A DNA stretch of 63,352 nt, filler included, from Gonapodya sp. JEL0774 (GCA_027604505.1; 48 parts of 48 records of this genome joined end to end with filler, not necessarily neighbours in it), one strand, 5' to 3'. Positions 11,988-25,344 are shown, counted from the whole stretch's first letter. Notes: generated from the sequence alone by a model not told the origin. Translations and numbers: made by a program.

Positions 11988-12347
11988 TCAGTGGAACGCG
12001 GAAATATCAATATGACACGTAGAACGCATCGATACGAGCGAAACGGAAGCACCAAACACGCACCTTTGCTCATATGGTGAGGAAGGAGGGGGATACCCGT
12101 TGAATTGCCACGGTTGTATATTACCTCCGTCAGCGGTCCCTGATTGTCCAGTATGCCGCCAGCCGAACGGATTAGCCGGCATATTATCCGTTTGTTGAAG
12201 CTGAGCTTGAATTGCGTAATTGGGGTTCGAATGGTGGAACCGCCGCGGGTCGATTGGGACCCCCGGTGGTCCGCTGTCCCATGGCAACGCATTCTCCGGA
12301 GGGCGGAAGTTGGGATGACGATTTGAGTTGTCACGATTTGGGTCCAT
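11988..12347 (-). CDS. Hypothetical Pro/Asn/Gly-rich protein start
   Basis: Low-complexity ORF only. Confidence 0.25.
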   Translation of the reverse strand: MDPNRDNSNRHPNFRPPENALPWDSGPPGVPIDPRRFHHSNPNYAIQAQLQQTDNMPANPFGWRHTGQSGTADGGNIQPWQFNGYPPPSSPYEQRCVFGASVSLVSMRSTCHIDISAFH

Positions 12348-12936
12348 CTAATAGAACAATTCGCCTGGCTCTGGACTCTCTAGAAACAGCCAAGAATCGG
12401 TTTTGACACCGACACCTGAGGACTGAATGAGAAGGAGCAAACAAAGTCCAGGTGCCGGTGGAAACGGTGCAACTTTAGTCGGAGCTTTGTGTTTATCCGA
12501 TGCTGTCGGACGTCCGCCCGTCCTATGGAGTTCGCGCTGAATCCGCGCTGGTATTCGGGATGTATTCGAGCTGGGTAGCAACGATGCCTGCGTCGGGGTC
12601 GTGTGGGGAGGAGAAGTTTTGGTTGGGGTTGGAAGGATGCTGATCTGGTCGGAGCACCAAGTCCGTAATAATCGAATAATCGAAAATCAGCCGTAGTCTA
12701 GAAATTGTCTTGATATCCATCTCTTAATATCGAAAAGAATATACAATCATATAGCCTCGATTGGGGCCGAGCTGCTTGGATGTGTTAGAAGGATAGTCTG
12801 ACTGTGTCAAGGAGCACTGAAAGTTTCATTCGTCGCAGCCCGAAATGGTTTGCACATAAAATGTAACGTAATCCATACAAACGCATAGTGACACTTCCAC
12901 GCCATGTGCACCACATTCCAGGCTCATGGTGCATTC

Positions 12937-13208
12937 TCATCCCTGATACGCGATTCCCGCCTTGATGCCTTGTACACCCCCTCTCGCCGCAAATCCTGTC
13001 CCACCACATTGTACTTGCACCACATCTTTGTCCTTGACCTTTACCGAGCATACAGGGCATCGCCCCTCGGGTAATGCCAGTGTCTTCACGCATGTCGGAC
13101 ACAGGACGTGTTTGCATGACTTGAATGCTGGGTACGGGTTGAAAATTGTTGAAGAAAAGGATACATGCAATTCAAAAAGCTTGATACATACCGCTAAGTT
13201 TCACTCCG
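12937..13208 (-). CDS. NOSIP-like RING/U-box protein, 3' end
   Basis: SCKHVLCPTCV...CPVC...KDVVQVQCGGTGFAARG matches the NOSIP C-terminal GGTGF motif; one intron. Confidence 0.8.
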
Positions 13209-13308
13209 NNNNNNNNNNNNNNNNNNNNNNNNNNNNNNNNNNNNNNNNNNNNTTAATTAATTAANNNNNNNNNNNNNNNNNNNNNNNNNNNNNNNNNNNN
13301 NNNNNNNN

Positions 13309-14535
13309 CTGCTCAGTCCCTAATGCAGGCGATGTTTCACGCGCGTTCCAACATGCATTGTCCACGATCCAAATATCTGGACGCCCAAATCATTTAAGAA
13401 GGTGTTGCTTCAAGAAGTGAGGTAAAGTGCCGTGAACGTACCGCTGCAGCAACACAAAAGCCCATAGCAGTGGCGAAATTGAACCCTGAGGGATATAGGG
13501 AATGAAAGGCCGACCAAAAAGAGCGAAAAATGCATCAATAAACCCTACAGAACTCCGGAAGTGAGCAGATTTTGGAGTGCGTCCGAATTGCATGTCCGGT
13601 CATCTGGTCGATAGTAATGGATGGGGGGAAGTCGGATCCGAATTGAGATTGTCCCATTTCGCAAATCTCAAAGAGACGGCAATTTCTAGTGAGATTCTCT
13701 TGAACTAGTGTTCAAGTAACGAGTGTTTCTGTAATGACATTACCAGGAAATGCACAGGGTCAAACCCTGCCGAGTAACATCAAGCGCCAATATTACAAGA
13801 TTGTACGAAAAGAGTAAGATGATTCTGCTTGAAATCAGTGCAATGTTTGTGATGGAGACCTACATTTCGCCCACGGTAGCAGTTTATTCATCGATTCAAA
13901 GTAGCCCGAAAAGATTGTTGCTATGAATACGAATTGGGAGGCCAAGGTGAAGGCCACGTCTGCGCTTGGTGCAATAGCAGCTGCAGCGATGAGCGTGGTG
14001 TCACGGCAGGCAATATCTTGAACATTGATCTTTATGAGATGAGACGAGCAACGCACCAAAGCCCAGTCCAAACAGTGACCAGTAAATCCTTAAGAAAATG
14101 AGGACATCAAGTATACTAGAGGTGAGAAATGATTTGTGTAAACTCTTGCAAGACCTCCACTCACACAACCTGCACTGTTGCGAGGATGAATTGCCCGATA
14201 TTAGGAAGCCCCAATGCCTTCCAAAGAATTAATGTTTCTGGAACTAAAAAGGCACAATACCATAGTATTGATACCGTGACCCGGGAGAAAAAGAACGAGC
14301 TTCCGCCTGAAAGCACCCCAAGAGATGCATCAAATACCGGAAGGATCAGTCAAAGGAGGGGATCTGAGGTTTTCAGTCCTCATACGCACGATACATGAAC
14401 GCAGCTTAGGGTAATGTAGTAAGAACCCGTGAATAATGACCTAAGGTTCAGCCTTGCACCGCGACTCGTTGTTTGTACTCACCTCGCTCCCGCTTTACAA
14501 GAGGTTTCAGAGGACCTATAGTCATGGTTATTGTT
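13309..14535 (-). CDS. ABCG-type transporter transmembrane domain fragment, multi-exon; 3' boundary uncertain
   Basis: LKPLVKRER, GSYYITLS, GLGFGALL-AAIAPSADVAFTLASQFVFIATIFSGYF...LLPW. Confidence 0.7.
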
Positions 14536-14635
14536 NNNNNNNNNNNNNNNNNNNNNNNNNNNNNNNNNNNNNNNNNNNNTTAATTAATTAANNNNNNNNN
14601 NNNNNNNNNNNNNNNNNNNNNNNNNNNNNNNNNNN

Positions 14636-15862
14636 CGCAAAAAATATCATTGTCATGGTGCGCGATCAAATCTATTCGGTGGACGTTCTGGGGCCAAAGG
14701 GAGAGCGCGTTCCAGTGAAGGAGATTGAACGGTAGGTGGATATTGGTCTGATACCTGAGAACTGTGGGGAACGAGGTTGATCACACCTCCTTGATTCCAT
14801 GTGATGAAAATGAGATCCTTTGGAGAACGAATCAGCTCGACGCCATTTTTCTGTTCATCCTGACTGACTTTTGACTCTTTATTTCACCAACCTGTTTAGT
14901 CTCCTCCAACTCTGTGTCGCCCATGCCTCCCTCCATCCGCCCCAACCTCCCATTGGACGCCTCTCAACCGATGATCGGGACGCCTACTACGCATCCTACA
15001 CCCACCTTGCCAGCCTCTCTCCTGGCAATAGGAAGAACTTGGACGTCATGGAAGGGGCATTGTTTTTAGTGTGCTTGGACGATTACGCGTCTGGAGGTGA
15101 GGCTGAAATTGCGGGAAGGAGTAGGCAGGTGGTGAGTTTTGTTACTCTCTCGAGTGATATAACATCGGAACAAAATTCGACAAAGACTCTCCGACCAGTT
15201 GCATGGGGGGCCGAAGAGTGCAAACCGCTGGATTGACAAGGAACTTCAATTGGTTTGTGCCAATGATGGTCGAGGTGGATTGTTAGGGGAACATACTCCG
15301 GCGGACGGTGCCTCGGCAAATACCCTTGTTGGATGGGTGTTAGCCAAGTGAGTTTCCAGTCCATCGCACCCCTAGGCATTTAGTCGAAAACTAATTGTGA
15401 TCTTGGCAAAAGTGAACCCGCGAAAGATCCCGCCTCCGCCCAAGCGCTTACACTCCCGGACCCCGTTCGTCTAGAGTGGACGGTGGATGATCGTGTTGCT
15501 CGAGACATTGCGATTGCAGAAAAGAGTGTATCTCAACTCATTGATGACCTTGAGCTAGAGTACGTGATGTTTTCGAGGGAAGCGGCGGGGAGATGGATAA
15601 AGGATGCTGGTGGGTATTGTCGCCAGCAAGGATATATCATCGAGTGCTGACTCATTTCGTTTTCTGTCTCCAGTGAAAGTCTCCCCTGATGCCTTCATGC
15701 AGATGATGTTCCAACTCACCTGGGCTCGTCTGTACCCGACACCGACTGCGACCTATGAATCTGCCTCTGTCCGGCGTTTCCTCCACGGCCGTACCGAGAC
15801 GTGCAGGACGCTGTCGGTGGACTCGGAGGCGTTTGCGAGGTCGTTCGATAAGAAAGAGGTCA
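14636..15862 (+). CDS. Choline/carnitine O-acyltransferase, internal fragment, spliced
   Basis: ALFLVCLDD, NRWIDK, GEHTPADG (catalytic His), SPDAFMQMMFQL, TYESASVRRFLHGRTET. Confidence 0.95.
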
Positions 15863-15962
15863 NNNNNNNNNNNNNNNNNNNNNNNNNNNNNNNNNNNNNN
15901 NNNNNNTTAATTAATTAANNNNNNNNNNNNNNNNNNNNNNNNNNNNNNNNNNNNNNNNNNNN

Positions 15963-17189
15963 GGTCTCTTCGAATTCCTCCGCATGCCGTTCGGGTTAAC
16001 CAATGCCCCAGCCACTTTTCAAAGGCTGATGGACGCAATTCTTGCAGGAATTAAGTGGATCTCCTACCTTGTCTACATGGACGATATCATTGTATTCTCT
16101 CCGTCCTTTGAGAAGCACATTATCGACATCACTGACATGATGGTACGGATCCGCAAAGCCGGCCTTCGTCTTCGTGCAAAGAAGTGCACCCTATGCCAAA
16201 GCGAAACGGCATACCTAGGCCACATTGTTACCAACAAGGGCGAGATCAAAGTGGACCCTGCTAAAGCCAAAGCAATACGTGAATTTGCCACCCCACCAGC
16301 GTGGATGGCTTGTCTGGCTACTACCGTCACTTTGTACAAGACTTTGCAGAAATCTCGTGGCCACTATAGCAACTCACCTGTCATTATAGCGTCTGGCGTT
16401 GGGACAAATCCCACCAGGACGCATTCCTCAAGCTTAATGACACACTTACTTCTGATGCCACCTTAAGACAACCTGACTCCACCAAACCCTTCCTAGTGCA
16501 AACAGATGCATCTGGCATTGCTATTGCTGGTATCCTTGCACAACAAGACGACCAGAATAAAGAATACGTTGTAGCATATGGCAGTAGAGGTGTCACTGAT
16601 GCAGAGAGAAAATGGGACGTCCGCCTCTGGCCATCTTATGGTCATGCAAGACTTTCCGTGCTTTCCTGTATGGGGCACCATTTGAAGTGATCTCCGATCA
16701 CGAGTCCCTCCAATGGCTTAAGGATTCCTCGAAGCCAGGGCGCCTAACCCGCTGGGCACTAAGACTGGCAGAGTTTGACTTTACTCTGTCTTATCGTCCA
16801 CGCAACAAGAACCGTAATGCGGACGCTCTTACCCACTTTGAGCAACCTGCACCCTCAGACACAGAGACATACCTTCCACCTCCGTTAGGCACCACCCTTG
16901 CTGCACTGACAGTTGGATTAGACACTGAAGACCTCCAACGCCAGTTTGCCACTGATCAGGGCTCTGACCCACACTGGACCCCGATTATCAATTACCTCTC
17001 TTCTCTGCTGCACAAGCTCCAACAAATGTGTCAGTACAATTAATGGCTTAAGCAGCTCTTCACAAGATTGACCCCCAAACTGGTCTCTTAACGCACAAAG
17101 CAGAGATCATGTGCAATAATCAATGGCATAAGGCCACGCAGATTTGTGTTCCTCGCAACCGCAAGGAGGAAATCCTTCGGGCGTACCAT
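15963..17189 (+). mobile_element. Ty3/gypsy pol fragment (RT, RNase H, start of integrase region), degenerate
   Basis: MPFGLTNAPATFQR, YMDD, GLSGYYRHFV, QTDASG, SDHESLQW, RLTRWAL, NADAL; frameshifts and in-frame stops. Confidence 0.97.
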
Positions 17190-17602
17190 NNNNNNNNNNN
17201 NNNNNNNNNNNNNNNNNNNNNNNNNNNNNNNNNTTAATTAATTAANNNNNNNNNNNNNNNNNNNNNNNNNNNNNNNNNNNNNNNNNNNNATAAATCTGGT
17301 AGTGGCTCTTCTTGGAGACCGCGAGTGATGTCGTCAATCGTCTGGGCAGTTGTGTCAGTAACCATGATCATCATCGTCGTCTGATGTTGCAAACAGGTTC
17401 CTTCATAGCGCTGACTTAATATTATTTGTATATAGATTTAGAAAAAGTTTTCAGAGAGAGAGAGCAGTGGCATCATATTAGGCATTTCGACTGATCGTAA
17501 CCAGTCCGCCTGCGGTGCAACGAGGGAAGCTTAGTCCCTCTCCTCTGCACTGCCTCTCCTTCAGCAGAGCAGAGCACCGCTCAAAACAATACAAATATAC
17601 CG

Positions 17603-18516
17603 ATGCGGCATTGCTGGCCCATTACTGGGATTACTGGAGCTCTTCTTGTCTTGAGCTCATCACTGGCTGCGGCTCAGAATCTCACCTTCGCACCTGTTCC
17701 CGGAAATGGTGGCGGATCCAGTCTGAACTCGAACCCCATCCCTGTTCCGTCTGGAAACGGTGTCTACTTGGGTGCAACTCGTAAGGGATTTCGAGCTGTG
17801 TGATGATCTCCTCATTTTCTTTTGACGGCTTCTTCCCCTATTCTGATGATGGCAGTGGACTGGGATGTGGATACTCCCCTGAACTTATCCACGCGACTAG
17901 GCGTTCCCCTCCTCACATACTCTATCTTCCTGAAGTTTCCGCTTCAGGCTGATGACAAGGCTTTTCTGGAGCGAACAGTGAAGACGGAGCCCTACCCTGC
18001 ATTGGGTGCTGACGGGACAACGCCACCAAGTTTGATGATCACATTAGAACCTGCATCGCTTGACGATAGCATATTCGATGATCCCACGGCTCTCGGAGAT
18101 GTCGTTGCCATGGTTCGGGACATCAATCTGAAAGGAGTTTCTGTATTCCTGAGATGTGAGGGAACTGTACTTTACGTCAGATCCCAACATCCAACTAATT
18201 GGTCCCGTTCCGTTTTAGTCGCCCATGAAATGAACGGATGGTGAGATGTCTTCCGGTGAGGGTGACAGCTGCTGTATGACCAGTTGGCGATTTGTACCCG
18301 TCACATGTGCATAGGTGGTATGCTTGGTGCATGCGACCTCTTCAGTACAAAAAAGCGTTTCGCAGGGTCAGTCTCGCAGTCAAAGGGTGCGCGGAGTGCA
18401 GTGCGACTGCCATGCTTTGGGCGCCCCAGATGTGAGTTGAGTGGAGGTGCTTCTTACCTTTTGATATGGCTCTGGAATTCCAAAACGTTTGCAGCGCCAT
18501 TTCTTTTCCGTGGGGT
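17603..18516 (+). CDS. Secreted glycoside hydrolase family 26 protein, 3' partial
   Basis: Signal peptide; MITLEP; spliced VFLRFAHEMNGWWYAW; TAMLWAP. Confidence 0.85.
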
Positions 18517-18616
18517 NNNNNNNNNNNNNNNNNNNNNNNNNNNNNNNNNNNNNNNNNNNNTTAATTAATTAANNNNNNNNNNNNNNNNNNNNNNNNNNNN
18601 NNNNNNNNNNNNNNNN

Positions 18617-18840
18617 TAGGCCTTGTCGATCTCTTCCTTCTCTATCCCGTGTCCCGTGACTACAAAAAATCCGACTTTCGTTGCCGCCTCTAAAAGATTC
18701 CGGGCTACCTCCCGTTCACGTTCTGGGGTGAACGATTCCCACCCCGAAATGTCGATGATCGCGAGCGGGGCCCACTCCACGCCCGCAGACATCGCATCAG
18801 ATAGATGCGATGGGGGAAGCGATGAGGCAACTGGTGACAT
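18617..18840 (-). CDS. 2OG-Fe(II) oxygenase (DIOX_N) N-terminus
   Basis: LAIIDIS...LLEAATKVGFFVVTGHGI. Confidence 0.88.
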
Positions 18841-19419
18841 ATGAAGTGGCTGCGCTCTATCCGGTGGATTCTGGTGTTGCCTGTCGAGTTCGGCAAACAG
18901 TCGAACCGAACCTCACACTTCAACTAAAAGAAGCGTCTTCAACCAAGAGGCGTAGAAGATCGTTTCATGCTATGTCTACAAGCTCGTAACATAATCCCTT
19001 CCTGCAGACGAAGTTGTTATGTTGGATCCGCACTCTCATCATGTGTAAACAAGCAGAGATGAGGTATCTCTCCGAATAGACTCTGCCATGTGACCTATCC
19101 TAAGAGCTGGTTATTTATCATTAATCTCGCGTACTCAGAGCGCCAGCGATACTCATACATAGGTAGGGAACGGCATCAAGTGAGACTTCTGTTGCCGTTG
19201 TGCCATTTTTTTGTCTCGACAGTGGATACAAACAGAGCTACTGAATACTTTCTTCATTATGTTCTCAGCTGAATCTTTCCGCGGGGACAGATTTCAAGTC
19301 TTCGGCGTCCTCTGAGACGTCTGGGCCGCAGAAGAGCTTCCGAGCACCCACACAAAAAATCGCGGTGCCATCGACCGCGACTCTGCCCCTCAAAATCTTG
19401 AAAAACTCTGTTTCTGGCC

Positions 19420-19841
19420 ATGTCTATGTCTCTCGTGCGCCTCCCTTTGTCGTCTTCGATCCGGCGCTCTGCCGATGCCGTTCACCGTGGGATTGTCGGA
19501 ATCAATCGAACTGCACTCGACATCGTTGATCGATTCGACCGCCAATCACCAATTTCATGTCGCCCACTCGCACATTCACCTCGTTTCCTACACTCTTCCA
19601 CCCCACGCCGTCAAGCGGAGGCTTCGGGCTCCAACTCTGCGTTCGCTTCAGCTGCTGGCTCTCTGCCGCACATCCACCACTCCCCTGTTCCCTCAGATCA
19701 CCCCGAAATCCGCGAAGCTATACGTGCTCTATGCGCCCAGTTTCCAGCTCCGTACTGGCGCGAAATGGACCGCCACAGCCGGTACCCAACTGAATTTGTT
19801 AAAGCACTCACCGAGGCGGGGTGGCTCGCCTGTCTCATTCC
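19420..19841 (+). CDS. Acyl-CoA dehydrogenase N-terminus with mitochondrial presequence
   Basis: Arg/Ser-rich leader, then EIREAIRALCAQFPAPYWREMD...YPTEFVKALTEAGWLACLI. Confidence 0.88.
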
Positions 19842-20028
19842 NNNNNNNNNNNNNNNNNNNNNNNNNNNNNNNNNNNNNNNNNNNNTTAATTAATTAANNN
19901 NNNNNNNNNNNNNNNNNNNNNNNNNNNNNNNNNNNNNNNNNTTGACAAGGACCAAGATAGATGATGAAATGGACCTTTTTGGATACATTATTGGAAGTTA
20001 GTTTGACTTCCAGGTGCGTGTCTTGTAG

Positions 20029-20929
20029 TCCCGCGGTGAGAAGATTTGGGACATCTGGTCAAGATTGCTTAAGGAGCGAATTATCATGCTTGTCGGGGAG
20101 GTGAGAGATCTGATACGATTGCAGATTTTATAGACACATCATAATGGAACTCATTTCGCAGGTTAATGACCCCATGTCTTCAATAATCGTCGCCCAACTG
20201 CTGTTCCTCGAAGCAGAAAACCCAGAGAAGCCCATCTATATGTATATCAATTCTCCAGGTGGAAGCGTAACGGCTGGCTTGGCAATATATGACACTGTGA
20301 GTGAGGTTTACGAATTGGAAGGTTGGACCGATTCAGCCGTTGGACACTTTCCTCTGTTCTCAGATGCAATACATCCAATGCAAGAGTGAGATTTTTGCAC
20401 TCTCTGTTTGCCATGGAGAACCATTTGCAACTGCTGAGATTCATTTTCCCTCATTTCTTTCCTTTAAAAAGTAAACACGCTTTGCATCGGTCAGGCGTGT
20501 TCTATGGGGTCGCTCCTTCTTGCTGCAGGCAGCCCTGGAATGCGCTCAGCACTTCCCAATGCGCGAATAATGATTCATCAGCCCAGCGGTGGAGCTGCAG
20601 GTCAAGCAGCGGATATCGAGATCCAAGCTCGAGAGATCCTCAAGATACGGGAAAGACTAAACGGGATTTATGGATTTCACACTGGACAGAGCAAAGAAAT
20701 CATTGGTAAGTTGTCGAAATCGTGCTACTGGCCTCGCGAGCGCAGGATGTATTATGTGCAAAACCCCTATTATTGATTGTGTGCACGCACTCCACAACCC
20801 CGTGCAGCGAAATTAGCGGACCGAGACCACTTCATGTCCCCGGAAGAGGCCAGGGAGTTAGGCATAATAGATAGTGTAATGGGAAAGAGACAGAATGTAG
20901 CGGGAGCGTCAGATGAACCGCAAAAGTGA
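20029..20929 (+). CDS. CLPP: Mitochondrial ATP-dependent Clp protease proteolytic subunit, 5' partial, 5 exons visible
   Basis: [38 protein letters not shown] (Ser), RIMIHQP (His), DRDHFMS (Asp). Confidence 0.97.
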
Positions 20930-21829
20930 TATATACATTGTCACCTCAATCAAGTGGGACATCAAAATCGTTGGCCACCCATAATCGTTTTCCTCTCCTT
21001 CCGGTTGAAGTTCCTCTTAAAGGGATAATACTACTGTGGCTTAGCTGTTCTTTTCCTCCGATCTCCGGTGCTCAAGGAGGATCTATCCGAGCAAGCGCTG
21101 ATGGCGGCCGCTTTACGTCCCAATATTGACGCGGACGATGCAATCGCAAAGTTGAGGGCTGAGAANNNNNNNNNNNNNNNNNNNNNNNNNNNNNNNNNNN
21201 NNNNNNNNNTTAATTAATTAANNNNNNNNNNNNNNNNNNNNNNNNNNNNNNNNNNNNNNNNNNNNGCGTCGTACGACGCTCGTTGTGGAATGAGATATCT
21301 GCACTTATAGTCTGAAATGTTCAGTGATGTCCCTTTGTGCAAGTATTCGCTCAGAGCCTGCACTGATCGTTCCCGTCAACGAAACACATTACTCTTCCAC
21401 CTCCCACCCCCATTCTCGTCGCCTACCTCTCGTCTCAAGGTGTAACGCTTACTTTGATGCGTTCATTTTTTGTGACCCATGAGCAGCCAGGAGCTCTTGC
21501 TCTGGTTGGTATGGTGGTCCAGATATCATCCAAGACATACCCTCCTTGACAGTCACCGAGGCACATCAACCGCAAAGTCTGACGCACTAGGACACTTCAC
21601 ATACGTTGATGAGAGAGCGGCCGGTCGGGTTTGCACTCCTTGCTCTGTTTTGGACATGGCGGTCGTAGACGAAATTCCCCCGGAGAATCAGCGTTACGTA
21701 TTCGACGCTCGAGTCCCTCCTTCCTCGACCGGTCATTGTCATTTCAAGAACAAACCCCCTCTCAACCGCTGTGTTTTCTTGCACATACCATCCTCGCCAT
21801 CGAAAGAAGGAGCGAGAAAGGTAATGACG

Positions 21830-22489
21830 TCATCTTTTCTGTGATTGTACGGGGTACACTCCTCCGACTGGAAATAGATCAGCTCTTTTGTGTTTCGCGA
21901 TAGCCATTGAAGATATGTTGCTCTTATCGTCGAGTCTAGAAGCGTTGTCATTCTTCCTTTTTGATTTGACATCGCTCGTGATAGCCTGAAACTTCTGGCT
22001 CGCACTTTTCACCTCTTCTTTGGCCTTGTTGCTTTCTATTTTGCAAGTTGTTATCGCGCTAGAGGCCATGCTCTGGGGTGCGGTGATGCGGCTCGACTCA
22101 CATTCTGAAGGCATATAATTAGTGGACGACTGCATCCCTGAAATCCACTGAGCCACATGTCATATACATATGATGCACCATTTGCTTCAGGTGTGCCAAT
22201 GAAGCCCGCGGTGCTGGTCAGCCATTCTTTTAGCTCTTGTATTTGGACAATTGCAGATGGTGGGAATATTAATCCCCTAGGATATCAGCATAGTCATGAG
22301 TGCTTCCTTCCACATTGTCAAAAGGGCTGGATCATTGCTGCTACTGTGTTCGCTTTCAAGCCACTCACGCCATCAAGGGAGGCGGCAAAGGAGGTGCTTG
22401 ACGTGGATCTCGGCTCCACTGAGCACCATCACGCAGAAGCAACTTCTTTCCCATGTGTAGATCTAACTTGAAACAAATCTGCATTTTGA
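21830..22489 (-). CDS. Hypothetical protein, 3' part
   Basis: ORF 21830-22156 plus probable upstream exons; no family recognised. Confidence 0.3.
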
Positions 22490-23912
22490 NNNNNNNNNNN
22501 NNNNNNNNNNNNNNNNNNNNNNNNNNNNNNNNNTTAATTAATTAANNNNNNNNNNNNNNNNNNNNNNNNNNNNNNNNNNNNNNNNNNNNGACCGTGAGCT
22601 CGGAATCGCAGATGGAGACACTGACACGAGGGGTGCGGCCGAGGATCTGATTCTGCAGTTCAAGAAGACGCTGAAGGAATCGCCCAGCGAACTCAAGTTT
22701 TGAGAGAGCAGTGGCAGGAGGAAAAACGAGAGCTTGCAGGTTGAAGTACGAACACTGCAATTGAACTGCTATAATTGAAATTGTGTGATTACATCGGTAC
22801 ATTTCCGTCGACGTTTGTCTGGCGTTTCCTCTGCTCTCTGAATGATCATCATGGTGTGCACAGGCTTCACATCGTCAACCGTGCTACGGAGCGGCACGCC
22901 ACTCCCCATTAATGTAAAAATATCTTTGTTGCTATCGTAAATTCTTTTCTTGGGAAAGTATCTACAATGTCTTAATCTGTTCCACGCAGAAGTCCGTATT
23001 TGCGAAAATCGGGAGTCCCAATATTTCTATTAGATCTTCTGATGATCCACTTATTCCTCTGAACCGAATCATATTGGAAGCAATGTTTGCGCGTTGATCG
23101 ATTCCTGCCGCACAGGTGAGGAGCTACAGAGTGGGCTGGCCGTTGTTTGGGAACATTCAACTCCTTCAACTCTTTCTGCCTTTTTGCAGCCAACTTAGGA
23201 TTCAGTTTCAGAACACAAGAACCGAAATCCCGACGGATCCCGCTCGCAGCATACACGTGGCTTCCTGTGCTCTGGTCTGCGCGGACTCTGCCATCTTCAC
23301 GTCGTCTGTTTTGAGACAAACCCGACAACCTTCTGGACTGCCTGCCACATAAACCTCCTGAGCAATGAGCGGACGGGAAAAAGCGTCTGCAAAGATTTTG
23401 AAGGCGCCGTTGAGGGCCGTCAGTGCGAAAACCAAGGTGAGGAATGAACATTCGCAGTTCTGGTACCCCCTCCCAAGGGGATCTTCTAGATTGTTTGATT
23501 TTTCCCGCGAACTGTCGTCTCCACTCATTTTCCCGCTCAATTTACTGGAATGTCTAATGTCTTCCGTATAAATGGGCTGCTTCTTCCCTCTTTCTCCCAG
23601 GTGATGATGTCCACGATCGATATGACACCGTCCTCCGACATCTTCGACATATCCCCACCAGAAAGTGATGAAGGGTCTCCCACAAACGGCAATTTTTCTT
23701 CTGGTGCCCCGTCTCTCATGAATGCCTCCCCGTTCAGTAAGAAGAAACCCAACGCACCAAACCAACCGTTTGGCCGCTCGGTCATGGGAATGCTGGACGA
23801 TGACGACGACGANNNNNNNNNNNNNNNNNNNNNNNNNNNNNNNNNNNNNNNNNNNNTTAATTAATTAANNNNNNNNNNNNNNNNNNNNNNNNNNNNNNNN
23901 NNNNNNNNNNNN

Positions 23913-25083
23913 AGAACGTTCAACGGAACCCAATGCTGCGAGACGGGATCGGCGTGCATGTTTCAGAACGAGTGGTATTCGCAATGTATTCCTGTGGATC
24001 CTCAAGCCGTGAGTGTCCGGGCGTCCTTGCTCGCCCAGAGTTCCATCTTTGTTGAGCAGCAGACGTTAGGAACATTGGTTCTGACCAGCCCTCTTTTCTT
24101 CCTGAAACGTGATTCGTTCAGGCCACATGCGCCCGAAAGTATGGTCAATGTGGTGGTGAGGGTTATTCGGGACCTTCCAACTGCTGCGCTCACGGGTGGA
24201 ACTGTGTGGTGCAGAACAGAATGTACGTTTCTCGCGACAGCGGCAACTGGCGAGGATCCCTTGGTCCTCCGCCCACTTGTGTGCCGGAATAGTATGGAAG
24301 ATTCAGTTGACATTTACTGCGCAGAGCTCTAAACTTTGCGGCCTTCGTTTTTGCTTGTTTAGGTACTCACAGTGTCTCTATGCTCCCCCACCGACGGTTG
24401 CGGTGAGATTCTTGTTTTTACAATGGATCGGTCATGTGTATGATTGGACGTTTCGTTTTTCTCTCTAGGCACCACCGCCATCCCGCCCAATCTACTCCCC
24501 CATGCCAGCAATCCCTCAAAAGACTCTTGGCGCCACGAACACAAACTCGACAGCAACCACCTCCGTTGCCAACTCCACGACAACGGCGTCGCCTTCGTAC
24601 TCTCCTGCTGTGATCCAGCAGCAAGGTGCCAAAGTCACCGTTGCCGGAACCTCACCAACAGCTCCCCCGCCTCCTCCTTCACCACCACGTTCGCCCCCTC
24701 CACCTCCCACACCACCTCCCCCGCCTCCCCGTCCTCCTCCACCACCTCCTCCTCCACCACCACCTCCTCCTCCTCGTCCTCCTCCGCCACCTCCCCCGCC
24801 CCCACCGCCCACTGGTATTGATACGTCCCGCTGTTACACCGCTCCGTACAATTCAGGTGGCCATTGTTCCGGCTCTATACCTCCAGGGTGTTCTCGCTTC
24901 GATTCATCAGGTCATATACAGTGTCCTTGGTTTCTCGGTGGCGTTGTAGCTGCTGGAGGAGGGACTTACTGCGCTGGTGATAACTACGGGATGCTGCTGT
25001 CGGACTGTGGGCATCTGTGCAAGCTGCCTGGCGTGTGGCCATGCTATGATCCAGCCACCGGCAACTGTGTGGAAGGATGCTAA
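23913..25083 (+). CDS. Tandem CBM1 + poly-proline linker + C-terminal 10-Cys domain protein, 5' partial
   Basis: CCETGSACMFQNEWYSQC and spliced [36 protein letters not shown]; Thr/Ser then Pro-rich linker; stop at 25083. Confidence 0.88.
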
Positions 25084-25344
25084 TGAACTGATTGCTACTG
25101 TACGGACTTGAGATGCGTCAAACAAGCAGATACAANNNNNNNNNNNNNNNNNNNNNNNNNNNNNNNNNNNNNNNNNNNNTTAATTAATTAANNNNNNNNN
25201 NNNNNNNNNNNNNNNNNNNNNNNNNNNNNNNNNNNTACAGCATCACGGTAGCTGCTCGGGTGAGTTCTTACGTCGGTATTTAGAGTTCTCTTAGTTTTTA
25301 TTCTCACCTTAAAACAATGACAGCCTGGACATCAGATAGTATCA

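Noticed and set aside
24516..24812. Poly-glycine ORF
   Set aside because: Antisense shadow of the poly-proline linker
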